From positions 2,048,001 through 2,112,000 of the forward strand of contig AP024596.1 in the NCBI GenBank assembly GCA_019704295.1: a stretch of 64,000 bases of DNA, read 5' to 3'. Made by a program: the position numbers and the translations under genes. Position 1 is the stretch's first letter, and each line of letters opens with the position of its first letter. Positions 41,413 to 51,430 of this stretch are shown here, piece by piece. The notes under the pieces were generated by a model. It did no database searches, was not told the DNA's origin, and saw only the letters and a list, made by a program, of their open reading frames with translations. Origin of the DNA: Sulfolobales archaeon HS-7 (GTDB lineage Archaea > Thermoproteota > Thermoprotei_A > Sulfolobales > Sulfolobaceae).

Positions 41413-41486
41413 AATATATAAAAGTGTTTGTACGTGACACGTAGCAGTCTACATATGTTCTTTATAATAGAGTATAACTTTCCTAC

Positions 41487-41789
41487 GTGAAACGTACAGA
41501 ATTAACTGAAATGCAGCAGAGAGTACTTATTTTCTTAATCGAAAATGATGGTATTTCATTTAGGGATATATCTGACAAAACAGAGAGTAATCCCAATGCG
41601 ATAAAAAAGGCTATAGACGAGTTGATGGAGTTAGGCTTAGTTTATGATAGAAGGGAAGATACATTTCCGCGGAGACGTCTAATTTTTCTTACAAATTATG
41701 GAAAGGAGGTTGCTAAGAGGCTAAAAGAAATAGTAGAGATTGTTAATGAGAGTTCTAAGCATCCACAAAAACCTTCAGTTGAAGTTTAA
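41487..41789 (+). CDS. MarR-like wHTH regulator
   Basis: RRRLIFLTNYGKEVA; divergent from 41114-41392. Confidence 0.8.
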   Translation: MKRTELTEMQQRVLIFLIENDGISFRDISDKTESNPNAIKKAIDELMELGLVYDRREDTFPRRRLIFLTNYGKEVAKRLKEIVEIVNESSKHPQKPSVEV

Positions 41790-41956
41790 TCTAAATTTAA
41801 CATTTTTCTTATGGTCTCGTATTTATTCTCCTTCAGCTCAGTATATATTATCTCTACCCGTACCTTTACATCTTCTAAACTTTTCGCTTTTCTAAGTTCG
41901 ATTAGTATTAAATCTAGACTGTCTTCAAATCCTTTCAGATAACTATCTTTATCCAT
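41786..41956 (-). CDS. 56-aa hypothetical protein (not in ORF track)
   Basis: MDKDSYLKGFEDSLDLILIELRKAKSLEDVK...; TATA-like sequence upstream. Confidence 0.55.
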   Translation of the reverse strand: MDKDSYLKGFEDSLDLILIELRKAKSLEDVKVRVEIIYTELKENKYETIRKMLNLD

Positions 41957-42009
41957 TTATGATCAGTTAATACAAAATAATATATAGTAGACGGAGAACA
42001 CTGAAAATA

Positions 42010-42450
42010 TTAATCAATATATATTGTTATCCATTCGGATTTATACATACATACTATAATATTACGTAAGAAATCTTCTCTACCTAAAATTAGAGCTGGA
42101 ACTATTTCTTCTGGGTAAGGGTTATATTCAATTATAGCTGCATTATAGTTTCTACTTATATCATCTAGCTGAGGAAAGGTAAACCTAAACGAATACCTGA
42201 AGTACTCCCTATCATTAATTATCACTCTATCGACATATCTATTTTTCATCTCGTCTTCCGTAAAACACTCATTAATAACATACTTATTAACTACCGAATA
42301 TCTGCTACCTGTGTCTATAAGCCCTAATACCAATTTGTCCTTTCCTAGCTTAGGACATTCAAGCCTTATTTTTAATAAGGGGATAAGGTTTCCGTAGAAA
42401 TCCGAAAATTTAATGACCTTGAGAGTCTTTTTTGATATGCTTAGGGACAT
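42010..42450 (-). CDS. retropepsin-like aspartyl protease
   Basis: LIDTGSRYS and LILGREDFL motifs. Confidence 0.8.
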   Translation of the reverse strand: MSLSISKKTLKVIKFSDFYGNLIPLLKIRLECPKLGKDKLVLGLIDTGSRYSVVNKYVINECFTEDEMKNRYVDRVIINDREYFRYSFRFTFPQLDDISRNYNAAIIEYNPYPEEIVPALILGREDFLRNIIVCMYKSEWITIYID

Positions 42451-42607
42451 ATATTATATCGTAATCTGTGATACTATAACCCTTTCTTGCCAATTCCTTC
42501 TCCAACTCTTCCCTGGAATCAGTATAGCCTATAATGTTAAAGCTCTCATCCACTGCAATGAACTTACCGAGGTATTTTGTGTCTTTCACAACTAAACTTT
42601 CTGGCAT
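42410..42607 (-). CDS. DUF5678-like small protein
   Basis: YLGKFIAVD..IIG..SREEL; overlaps the protease gene start. Confidence 0.6.
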   Translation of the reverse strand: MPESLVVKDTKYLGKFIAVDESFNIIGYTDSREELEKELARKGYSITDYDIIYVPKHIKKDSQGH

Positions 42608-42674
42608 ATGATTAATTTGGATTATACTAATATCAACTTGCTCTACGCCTTACGTATCAAAAGATTTATATATT

Positions 42675-42693
42675 TGATACGTTATACGTATCA
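42675..42693. promoter_or_regulatory. Palindromic operator TGATACG-N5-CGTATCA
   Basis: Perfect 7-bp arms between TATA (TTTATATA) and the first gene of the 42.7-44.7 kb operon. Confidence 0.7.
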
Positions 42694-42695
42694 TA

Positions 42696-43031
42696 ATGAT
42701 AACAAAAATGTCCACACTTCAGATTCAGGAAAACACCCCAGTTGATGGGGATCAAGATCTATCTTTTTTGGTGTCCCTGCTCGACAAGCAGGATAAGATA
42801 GAGTTCGTGGAAGTATTCAGTGACGATTTTCAAAGTCTGGTACAGGAAGGTAGGTTGTCCAAGACCGGATTGAGGAAGTTGCTTTCAGGCTACGCCCCCG
42901 CAGATGAGAGACTTTTGCAGATAGCGGAGATGGATCATAAGGCGAAGGAGTGGATAGCAAGGAGGGTCCAAGAGAAGGCGAAGAGGGCCCTGGAAATAAT
43001 CGAGAGGATGAAGGAGAGGGGAGAGGAATGA
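42696..43031 (+). CDS. conserved pNOB8-family protein (first gene of putative replication/copy-control operon)
   Basis: LDKQDKIEF..SKTGLRKLLSGYAPADER. Confidence 0.75.
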   Translation: MITKMSTLQIQENTPVDGDQDLSFLVSLLDKQDKIEFVEVFSDDFQSLVQEGRLSKTGLRKLLSGYAPADERLLQIAEMDHKAKEWIARRVQEKAKRALEIIERMKERGEE

Positions 43032-43276
43032 GCGATTGTTCGAGTATAGGACCTACTTATTCCGAACTAGGGGAGTTGGTACTGGAGAAGCTGAGGAAGA
43101 TTGACGAAAGGATAGGGAAGAGATGCCTGGAGTACAGCGAAGACTTCCTTCTAGGGGTACAAACCACGGAGGAAGTGGTCAAGGAGCTCGCCTTCAATCT
43201 GGAAAGGCTCAGGGAGCAACTCGAAGAGGAGCAGAAGGAACTTATTCAGAAGATGGAGGCTGAGGACAATGACTGA
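43028..43276 (+). CDS. coiled-coil plasmid protein
   Basis: ATGA-coupled start MSDCSS. Confidence 0.7.
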   Translation: MSDCSSIGPTYSELGELVLEKLRKIDERIGKRCLEYSEDFLLGVQTTEEVVKELAFNLERLREQLEEEQKELIQKMEAEDND

Positions 43277-43478
43277 GGCTATTGAATCCGAACTGTTTAA
43301 CGAAGTCGACGAAAAACTAAGGGTTTTGTTAACGATTATCCAAAATTTGAAAATAGACCTGGCATTACGAAACAAAAAAATGGCACGAGGACACTGGAGT
43401 CGTGCTAGAGAATTATCGTTGGACGTTTGCGAGATGATCGACGAGCTTCGTAAGGTAGTGGAGGAGGCCAAAAAATGA
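43269..43478 (+). CDS. hypothetical plasmid protein
   Basis: Overlapping operon gene with RBS. Confidence 0.7.
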   Translation: MTEAIESELFNEVDEKLRVLLTIIQNLKIDLALRNKKMARGHWSRARELSLDVCEMIDELRKVVEEAKK

Positions 43479-43819
43479 AGAAAGCACTTCGTATAGTTCA
43501 TTTCGACTCGCAGAAGAAGGCCAAGTACTTAGAGCTGAGCTTTGACGATGCGGATATAAATTCTAAGGGATATGCGGATGACGGATCGTTACTAATTTCT
43601 ATTTCTCAGGGAGAACAAAGAAACGCGTTCCAACTAAGCGTATCAGAAGCTGCTTTACTTAAAGAGAGATTAGACTTCATTCTAGCACTCTTAGCTAGAC
43701 AATATATAGAAATTGATGAAAAAGCATCAAAGGAAAGACAAAGACAAGTCAAAAAGGATCAAGGAAAGAAGGAGCAGGAAAATTACCTGGATGACGAGAT
43801 CCTGGATGACGAGATATGA
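43475..43819 (+). CDS. plasmid protein with acidic C-tail (possible ssDNA-binding protein)
   Basis: Beta-rich core, [11 protein letters not shown] tail. Confidence 0.65.
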   Translation: MKKALRIVHFDSQKKAKYLELSFDDADINSKGYADDGSLLISISQGEQRNAFQLSVSEAALLKERLDFILALLARQYIEIDEKASKERQRQVKKDQGKKEQENYLDDEILDDEI

Positions 43820-44025
43820 GAGTAATCACATTCAAAGCGGAAGAGGAGCTATTGCAGAAACTGGATCTCTACTGTATTAATAACAACAGAGAAAGAAGCG
43901 AAGTAATCCGGGAAGCTATCATGTTCTACTTAAGCTGCAAAAAGGGAAGGGTATACAGGCAAAATTCACGTTCTTCCGTTGAAGAGAATTACACAAATTC
44001 TATTACGAGGGTGCAGGAACTATGA
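43816..44025 (+). CDS. copG: CopG/RHH regulator
   Basis: [26 protein letters not shown]. Confidence 0.85.
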   Translation: MRVITFKAEEELLQKLDLYCINNNRERSEVIREAIMFYLSCKKGRVYRQNSRSSVEENYTNSITRVQEL

Positions 44026-44258
44026 CAGATGTCCCAGACTGGGTCGAGGCATTTGAAGAAGCAGAGTGTGAATATTGCCACAAGAAAATTTACTGGGTAA
44101 AACACGTGAAGGGTTATAAGATTCCAGTGGACCCCAATTGGAAACCTCATCGACTTTCATGCCCTTATGCTGATAGATGGGCCAAGAAGACGAGTATTAA
44201 GAAGAAAGAGGTGAAACAAACTACCCTGGAGGATTGGGCTAGACATGACGATCAATGA
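44022..44258 (+). CDS. Zn-finger plasmid protein
   Basis: CEYC..IPVD..H..SCP. Confidence 0.75.
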   Translation: MTDVPDWVEAFEEAECEYCHKKIYWVKHVKGYKIPVDPNWKPHRLSCPYADRWAKKTSIKKKEVKQTTLEDWARHDDQ

Positions 44259-44472
44259 AATTATAGAGGAAAACAGAGAGCTGCAGCAAAGATATGCTAA
44301 AGCGATATCGACGATAGCAGCCCTGAAAAGGGAAAATAAAAAGCTTCAGAAACAAAATAATATACTGTACAGGGCAATGGAGATAGCGCTACAAATAAGC
44401 AGTAAAGAGAAGCAGGATGTGCAGTTGAAGACGATTTTAGAGAAGTTCAGAGAGAAGCTCGGGGCGAAATGA
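44245..44472 (+). CDS. leucine-zipper plasmid protein
   Basis: Heptad coiled coil. Confidence 0.75.
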   Translation: MTINEIIEENRELQQRYAKAISTIAALKRENKKLQKQNNILYRAMEIALQISSKEKQDVQLKTILEKFREKLGAK

Positions 44473-44753
44473 TGGAATTGCAGCAAGTAGTAATTCCTAA
44501 GATTACTGTTTCAAAGATGAGGAAGAAAAGCGGGGAGCTTTACTATACGTATTTACCCCAGAGCTTCACAGCGTATCTAGAGGGTAAAAAGTGGAACGTA
44601 ATAGCCACAGTAAACGATAAAGAGGTCCCTTTGGGACCTAGATCTCCGTTCCGCCACGGCCGTAATTTGATTATAACTCTCCCATTAGCCTACAAGGACT
44701 TATGGGAATCACTTTTAGGTAAGGAAATAGACTTAATCTTTTTGAAGATCTAA
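44469..44753 (+). CDS. AbrB-like swapped-hairpin protein
   Basis: YYTYLP..IITLP duplicated AbrB pattern. Confidence 0.65.
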   Translation: MMELQQVVIPKITVSKMRKKSGELYYTYLPQSFTAYLEGKKWNVIATVNDKEVPLGPRSPFRHGRNLIITLPLAYKDLWESLLGKEIDLIFLKI

Positions 44754-46000
44754 AGCAGCCTAGGTGAATATTTGTCGTAAATCTGTTGTAATTCTATATC
44801 CGATATTACGAAGTAATGGTCCTGCAAGATTTTGAACTGCTGCGGGGGAGCTCTACCCTGGAGGATATTGACCAGCATCGGGCTCACTCCCTGCTTCAGC
44901 ATATACGATGCCCAAAAACTCCTTATATCATAAAGTCTGAACTCTTTGCCTAGCACTTTCTTCATTGCTTGTTTAATCGAATATCTTATATCTTGGAGTT
45001 GGAAGGGGAACAGCTTACTCTTCCACTTCTCTACATCTTGCCCTATCCCCCTAACCGCAGGCTCATATCTTTTTATAAATTCTTCTCTATAGGGTAAATA
45101 GACGTCTTTCAGATATTCTACAGTTTTCGAATGAATAAAGCAAATATATGCTCTTTTCGTCTCATTCTCTTTAAGCAGCTTGATTACTCTGTGCTCTAAG
45201 TCCGTTTGTTCCATAGTTATATTGTAAACCTCCCCTGTCCTCAACCCCGTTTCACATAATAATAAGAAATAGGCCTTAGCTCCCCGGTGTTCTGTCGCGT
45301 CAAATATTTTCTTCAAAGTTTCTATGTTGAGGTTTTCCGGTCTGTGCTTGTACTTTCCCTTAGGTACTGTAAACGAGGAGTAAAGTAAATGTGCTAATCC
45401 AGGGTTTTTCTCCCTGAAAACCGTCTTTATAAACAGTTTTAACGAGTTCGCCATATGTCTTGCGACATTAGGGCTATCTGCTTCTATTAATATCTCCCTA
45501 ATTCCGTCAGGCGACAGTTCATAGCTCAGTTCAGATAGGGCTCTCTTCAGATATCTCATACGCATATCCCTAGTACTTTTGGACTTATTGTTTAGTAATG
45601 TCTCGAATTTCTTCACATCTTCCTCGCTTACGATATACGTGCTTGTAGTTGTCCTTAAGTAGTCCCCCATATACTGGTACAGTAACGTTATGAAGAAGTT
45701 TCTAAAGCCCTCATCTCTTAGCGCCTTCACTATAACACTTAATGCGACCGTCGGGTCTACATCTATCGTTTTCAGTCCGTATAGTGAGTCGCTTAGCTCT
45801 TCAACACTGAGCATCTCTGCAGCGTTAGTTATTATTTCGTCCTGGATCCTCCTTACTTTACCCGCAACATACCTGTATAAAGTACTTCTATCAATTCCCA
45901 ACTTTTGTGCAACGTAACTTAACCCGTATTTTTCTACAGTTTTCTTTAATATTCGTATTTTTTGCTCACTGTCAAGTTTATTTACGTCAATCTTTACCAT
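44750..46000 (-). CDS. int: pNOB8-type tyrosine integrase (intact)
   Basis: N-terminal HTH; ETGLR, YDIR, LQGR, DHY catalytic residues; start placed at MVKID. Confidence 0.92.
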   Translation of the reverse strand: MVKIDVNKLDSEQKIRILKKTVEKYGLSYVAQKLGIDRSTLYRYVAGKVRRIQDEIITNAAEMLSVEELSDSLYGLKTIDVDPTVALSVIVKALRDEGFRNFFITLLYQYMGDYLRTTTSTYIVSEEDVKKFETLLNNKSKSTRDMRMRYLKRALSELSYELSPDGIREILIEADSPNVARHMANSLKLFIKTVFREKNPGLAHLLYSSFTVPKGKYKHRPENLNIETLKKIFDATEHRGAKAYFLLLCETGLRTGEVYNITMEQTDLEHRVIKLLKENETKRAYICFIHSKTVEYLKDVYLPYREEFIKRYEPAVRGIGQDVEKWKSKLFPFQLQDIRYSIKQAMKKVLGKEFRLYDIRSFWASYMLKQGVSPMLVNILQGRAPPQQFKILQDHYFVISDIELQQIYDKYSPRLL

Positions 46001-46104
46001 AGTCTCATATTCTATTATTAGACTTACACACTGTTGCAAAAATATCCTTCGCTGTTGCAAATGCCTTATCTTTGTAGAGAATGTATCTCCCTTAAAATTA
46101 ACGT

Positions 46105-46155
46105 AAAATTAGTGCCGCGGCCGGGATTTGAACCCGGGCCACAGGCTTGAGAGGC
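46105..46155 (-). repeat. att repeat, right boundary (within tRNA-Glu)
   Basis: Identical to 16620-16670. Confidence 0.95.
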
Positions 46156-46201
46156 CTGCATACTTTCGGTGCAAGACTTGACCGGGCTATACTACCGCGG
46201 C
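46113..46201 (-). tRNA. tRNA-Glu(CTC) with 14-nt non-canonical D-arm intron
   Basis: GCCGCGG acceptor stem, CT-CTC-AA loop, TTCAAAT T-loop; extra CTTGCACCGAAAGT in the D-arm. Confidence 0.92.
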
Positions 46202-46238
46202 ATTCAAAATTAACTTACAAGTTCATAAAAAAGTTTTG

Positions 46239-46565
<327 letters not shown>

Positions 46566-46615
46566 CTATTTCCCACTAACCTTAAATAAAGTAATCCCTA
46601 ATCTGTTCGGGGGCA

Positions 46616-47173
46616 TTGATAAGAGTCCAATTAACTGTAAGGAGGGGATTTGACTGGCTTCCAGAAGGTGCTGACGTGAGTCTTATAGATATCAGAAATG
46701 GTAGGGACTGCGTTAGATGTATAATTGAAGTAAAGGGCGTAAGAGAAGGGAGCGAGGAGGAGAAAGTATCAACTAATACCATAATCAAGGTAGTTCAAAC
46801 TAAGGAAATCTTATTTCAGATAATGTCCTCCCTTACTGTACAATACGCTATAATAGGTAAAACTAAATCAATATGGGAACTCCTCTTGACTGACTATGAG
46901 GAAATGAGGAACGTGATTTCGGAACTTTTTAAGAATAAGGTTGACGTTAGGGTAGATAAAATACATAAACTACGTTCAACCCAGCAGTTGACCCCTAAAC
47001 AGGAAAGAATTTTAAGAATAGCGGTAGAGCACGGATATTACGACTTTCCAAGGAAGATAGAGCTTTCTGAATTAGCTAAAAAACTCGAGATTTCACCGTC
47101 TACTCTCTCCGAGATTTTAAGGAGGGCAGAGAAAAATGTTATTTTGGATTACCTAAGGAACAAATCACCATAG
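46616..47173 (+). CDS. Bat-type (HTH_10) transcriptional regulator
   Basis: LTPKQ..A...GYYDFPRKI...LA..L.IS.STLSEILRRAE. Confidence 0.85.
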   Translation: MIRVQLTVRRGFDWLPEGADVSLIDIRNGRDCVRCIIEVKGVREGSEEEKVSTNTIIKVVQTKEILFQIMSSLTVQYAIIGKTKSIWELLLTDYEEMRNVISELFKNKVDVRVDKIHKLRSTQQLTPKQERILRIAVEHGYYDFPRKIELSELAKKLEISPSTLSEILRRAEKNVILDYLRNKSP

Positions 47174-47185
47174 AGTGGTGGCGTT

Positions 47186-47701
47186 ATGACGTATATTAAT
47201 ACATACGATAAGTTATGTTTTCCCGCTGAAATTTATAAAATAAGAGAAGGCGACAGGCTTCTCTTGCATCCTGCAACAGTCAAGATAGGGCATTCAATCG
47301 TAACCTTTCCACCGTTTTCTTTCTTAAGTAATTCATGCGATAATGAGGTATCATCTCCAGCTTGGATTGATGATGTGGAAGTAAGGAATCATAGTAACTT
47401 TAAGTTCCTAGGTGGAAATGAGAAAGTTAGAGGCAGGCTAGCTCCAACCACGAGCGCTATCCCCACCTTATTTACACTGTATCATTTATGGGACGAATTG
47501 GAGCTAAATATAAATACCCATTACGAAGGCATACCTATCTTAACATTAGGAGAAATACCTATACTAACCGTACTCAAGGGAGTAGTCCATATATGTACAT
47601 TAGAAATGAGGAATGTATTTACGGCTGTGGCGAGTGTAGTTAACTATTACTTACCTGATTGGGATAAAGTAGGGGTAAAAAATAATTATAATATTCCTTA
47701 A
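47186..47701 (+). CDS. hypothetical protein
   Basis: 171-aa ORF with RBS. Confidence 0.7.
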   Translation: MTYINTYDKLCFPAEIYKIREGDRLLLHPATVKIGHSIVTFPPFSFLSNSCDNEVSSPAWIDDVEVRNHSNFKFLGGNEKVRGRLAPTTSAIPTLFTLYHLWDELELNINTHYEGIPILTLGEIPILTVLKGVVHICTLEMRNVFTAVASVVNYYLPDWDKVGVKNNYNIP

Positions 47702-47707
47702 AAATGA

Positions 47708-48140
47708 GAGGACTGTCCCTTCTTGCGCTCGTAACATCCCGGCTCATGATTTCCTAGCTTCAGAGGGACCTCGATACCTAGCAAAGGTTCCATCAAAACA
47801 TTTTGTAACGAGTTACGGAAGAGAGTCTATGAAGGATCTTCACAGACTTAAGTTTCCTGTTTTGTGGCTACGACCTAATAAACGAGGTCTACACCCTTTT
47901 TTTGTAAAAACCTTATCTACAAAGAGCTATCCATTCCCTACAGACTTTCCCTCCACTAAACCTGTCGATTTAAACTCCTCTCACGACCGCTTCAGTAACC
48001 TTTCACTGACTTTTTGTTAAGCTTTACCCCCTAGGATATAGTTAGAAATAGTCATCTTGCGTTTCGTCATAGAGATGAAAAAAGCTCCTTTTTCCATAAT
48101 TAGGTATATAGCGTTCTCATAGTTGTCTATTATGCCTTAG
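47708..48140 (-). pseudogene. Heavily decayed tnpB / IS605 remnant
   Basis: Residual K..G...FVDK.FT pattern and a 3' end ..GAAGGGACAGTCC resembling tnpB element ends. Confidence 0.4.
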
Positions 48141-48382
48141 AGGCGGACTAATAGGACATTTCTCCAAATTTTTACGAATCAATGCATTTCAGAACGATCT
48201 TGAAGGATCTAAAAGTTTTCAATCACATTGGATTAAAATACTTAGAGAATCTCCTAACTTAGAAAAATGCTAAAATGTAGTTGTTACTAGCTCTATTGTT
48301 TATAAATTTACTAATAAAATTGTTCTATGTATGGTCTTCGTCACACGCTAAAGTTTATAAATGATACAACAATTTCTATTAT

Positions 48383-48457
48383 GGACTCGTAGCTCAGCCA
48401 GGATAGAGCGCTGGCCTCCTAAGCCAGTGGTCGGGGGTTCAAATCCCCCCGAGTCCG
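48383..48457 (+). tRNA. tRNA-Arg(CCT)
   Basis: Cloverleaf, CTGGC-CT CCT AA-GCCAG; TATA upstream. Confidence 0.95.
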
Positions 48458-48705
48458 CTATAGTAAGTGGAACGGAGTTTGGTTAAATTCTCATTATATA
48501 TATTGGGGCGACTAGGGAGCTCCTTAAAGTATTAAGTGTAAATTCACGTATAACGCTTGGCGTAAATCGGGTAACTAGATCGTTCCTTGTTTAAAAGTCC
48601 GTAAGGGATACTCCTTATAACTTAGTGATGAAACGCCCTTCTACACTTTTCAACATTACTAAACAATAACTAAATTAGTAGTTAAGACATAACTTCCTAA
48701 CGAGC

Positions 48706-48763
48706 GATTCAGTGCTGCATGGGCTCATCATCTTAAATCTAGCCGCCCATCGTTCATCATTTC
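48706..48763 (-). ncRNA. C/D box sRNA
   Basis: ATGATGA-ACGATGGGCGGC-TAGA..ATGATGA-GCCCATGCAGCA-CTGA; TATA-like upstream; first guide could pair with 16S CCGCCCGUCG. Confidence 0.75.
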
Positions 48764-49269
48764 TGCCTCAGGTTACATAAAGTATCAGGAGTTTAAAACT
48801 CTATAATAATTTCTCAAATGAATTCAAAACATTAAGTTCATTCCATACTACCAGTGCGAGAAAAGTTAATACACGCTTTACCTATGATAAGATATAGTAA
48901 ATATTTTGTCTGCAAGGAACCACATTAAGCTGTCTGGGTAAGTATATGACGGTGTGCTTTTTAATATCGAAAAGAAAGTCCCCTTCCGTCAGGGACGGTC
49001 TTTAGGATAATGTTTTCCATGCGTAAAGTAAGGCAATAATTAGAACCACCATGTAGTATCCTTGTGAGTTCTAATCTCTATGGAGAGTCTCAGTAACTTC
49101 TCTTTCATATGGAACATTGTAGGGTGTTTCGATTAGCCTCCGCAACTCGTTCACTTAGGAACGGGAAATCACGAAGTGGTATACCCATTAGAGGAAATGA
49201 AGTATCCACTAATACTAGAGGAATATTCTGTTCGCAGTAATGATGAAAATACATATGAGCGTGTTCTTG

Positions 49270-49470
49270 TTATATCGTGTTTATTTTATCTCTGACTTCA
49301 ACTGGTAGATCTTCTAGTTTCATTACTGAGAAATTCCTTTTTATTCCTTTTATCCTTTTCAAAGGAATATACCTATTGGGATCTTTTTCATCCCTGGACT
49401 TAAATACCCTCAATTTAACATACGATTTTCCCATTTCTACGTAAACGTACTTTTTATGCTTTGTAGTCAT
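49270..49470 (-). CDS. DUF5622-like small protein
   Basis: KH.KYVYVE...YVKLRV pattern. Confidence 0.7.
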   Translation of the reverse strand: MTTKHKKYVYVEMGKSYVKLRVFKSRDEKDPNRYIPLKRIKGIKRNFSVMKLEDLPVEVRDKINTI

Positions 49471-49555
49471 GAGTGAGGATAGGAAGTTTAAATTATAAAA
49501 GTTTTGAGAATGCGATATTTGCTATCAGTGTTTAAGGTTCGACTTATTGATCAAT

Positions 49556-49810
49556 CTAGTTCCTAGGTCTTTTTATGAAACCTAGAATAAACGAGATGAC
49601 ATAAAGTGCTAAAATTATAGATGAGATTGCGACCAAGGCATAAACTATAATGTAATTACCTTTAGCTAGGTTTCCGAAGGCGTAAAAGAAAGGCCCTATT
49701 ACTATGATCCCTCCACTGTTTGTCGTTGATGGCACCGTTAATATTGAACCAACTATTATCAGCGCAAGCGCAATGAATATAATTATCATGCCTATGAGGA
49801 TTAACCTCAT
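49556..49810 (-). CDS. DUF131-like membrane protein
   Basis: GGIIVIGPF..AFG motif. Confidence 0.75.
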   Translation of the reverse strand: MRLILIGMIIIFIALALIIVGSILTVPSTTNSGGIIVIGPFFYAFGNLAKGNYIIVYALVAISSIILALYVISFILGFIKRPRN

Positions 49811-49930
49811 ACAATTTATGTAGACTTGGTAGTTTTTAACTTTATCTTAACGTGGGGGACTAACGACTCTATCCATAGGCGTGATGTAGTTTGCTTTAAA
49901 AATTTCCCGCGCTGCCATGATTAAAGTGAG

Positions 49931-50005
49931 GGCCCAGACCGGGAATTGAACCCGGGATCACCCGGTCCACAGCCGGGCGCTCTACCGAGCTGAGCTACCT
50001 GGGCC
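49931..50005 (-). tRNA. tRNA-His(GTG) with encoded G-1
   Basis: CCCGG-CT GTG GA-CCGGG; G-1:C73. Confidence 0.95.
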
Positions 50006-50142
50006 ACTTAGAGATATAACTTTCAATAATAGTAATAACGTTTATCCCTTTGGTATCGAACTCCATTATTCATAATAATAACGCTGTGTTCTGAAATTCA
50101 CGCGAACTATTCTTCTAAAAATTTCGGTTAGCTCCCTGACTT

Positions 50143-51375
50143 TCATGTCACTTTAGATAGTTCGTCTTTAACTATATCGAGTATATTGAACGCAATAACG
50201 TTTTTCATTGACTTCTGTATACGGGTTACCTCTCCACCTTTTCTCACCGCTATAACCTCGTTATACTCAGACGCAAAGCCTATGTCTTTTCGCTTGACAT
50301 TATTTGCAAATATTATATTAAAGTTATGAAGTTCTAATTTCTTTTTTGCCTTCTCTACTAATTCCTCATCGTTATCAACTGTCTCAGCGGCAAATCCTAC
50401 AATAAGTTTGCATTTTCCTTTGAGACCCTCCGATATTTTTCTAGTAACCTCTATGGAAATATTAGGTAAACTCGCCCTTGAGTCTAATTTAGTATCGTAA
50501 GAAACGTTGAATCTAAAGTCAGCTGGAGCCCCTGCCAGTATTGCCACATCAATTTTGTTATTCTCCACTATTTTGTTTACGGCGTTAAACATATCTTCGG
50601 TTGTAGTAACTTGAATTCTCTTCTCCCCGAAATACTTTACGTTACTTTCGACTGGTCCAGACACTAGGTATACGTTAGCCCCTCTGTAGTGGGCGTTATT
50701 CGCTATGGAAATTCCCATTCTCCCCGTACTAGAATTAGTCAGGAATCTCACAGGATCTAAATGTTCTCTTGTCGGACCGGCAGTAACGAGAACGTTTATT
50801 CCCTTAAGATCCTCGCCTCGAATAGCCATAGATACTGTCTTTTCTATTATGAGTTGCTCTGGAGGAAAGTGCGCTACATCTCTAATTTTATTTGGAGGAA
50901 TTATAGTTACGTTGTGTTCTTTAAGTCTCTCAATAGCTTCGCTTACCTGAAACGATTCGTACATGGCAAAGTGCATCGTTGGAACGATAATAACTGGTTT
51001 ACCATATGCCAGAACAGTTAACGCTACTAAAGGGATCGTATCGTCTCCTATTCCATAGGCTAGTTTTGATAAACTGTTAGCAGTGATCGGGCTAATCAGC
51101 ATAAGCGAGGATTCTTTAGCAAGTTGAATGTGTTCTAACTCTCCTGTGATCTCTACGACGGGATGATTACTGGTAGCCCATCTAAACATTTCAGGGGAGA
51201 TTAGTTTCGTCGCTTTCTTTGACATGACTACTGTAACCTCTGCGCCATAACGCATTAAATTGCGTGCGAGATCTATCGATTTATAGAGGGAGACGCTAGA
51301 AGTAATTCCCAGTAATATTTTCTTACCGTCAAGTAAATCCGAGAACTCCCCCTTTATGTTCTTAGAAGGATGCAT
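50143..51375 (-). CDS. coaBC: Phosphopantothenoylcysteine decarboxylase/ligase
   Basis: PTMH..M, TAGPTRE.LDPVRF.TN.STG.MG, VGFAAET. Confidence 0.95.
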   Translation of the reverse strand: MHPSKNIKGEFSDLLDGKKILLGITSSVSLYKSIDLARNLMRYGAEVTVVMSKKATKLISPEMFRWATSNHPVVEITGELEHIQLAKESSLMLISPITANSLSKLAYGIGDDTIPLVALTVLAYGKPVIIVPTMHFAMYESFQVSEAIERLKEHNVTIIPPNKIRDVAHFPPEQLIIEKTVSMAIRGEDLKGINVLVTAGPTREHLDPVRFLTNSSTGRMGISIANNAHYRGANVYLVSGPVESNVKYFGEKRIQVTTTEDMFNAVNKIVENNKIDVAILAGAPADFRFNVSYDTKLDSRASLPNISIEVTRKISEGLKGKCKLIVGFAAETVDNDEELVEKAKKKLELHNFNIIFANNVKRKDIGFASEYNEVIAVRKGGEVTRIQKSMKNVIAFNILDIVKDELSKVT

Positions 51376-51430
51376 TATGCGACGGTATGGGAAATACCTT
51401 AAAAAACATTATATATATAAACTAGTATTA

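Larger units (their letters stand above)
16620..46155. mobile_element. Integrated pNOB8-family conjugative plasmid/ICE (~29.5 kb) in tRNA-Glu(CTC)
   Basis: Perfect att direct repeat, intact integrase, VirB4- and VirD4-like ATPases, PlrA, TAAACTGGGGAG motifs. Confidence 0.93.

Noticed and set aside
46001-46060. N-terminal extension of the integrase in the ORF track
   Set aside because: Paralog alignment places the start at MVKID (46000); the extension covers the repeat/promoter region
48960-49210. IS605-like hairpin GTCCCTTCCGTCAGGGAC and following fragments
   Set aside because: Too decayed to delimit or classify
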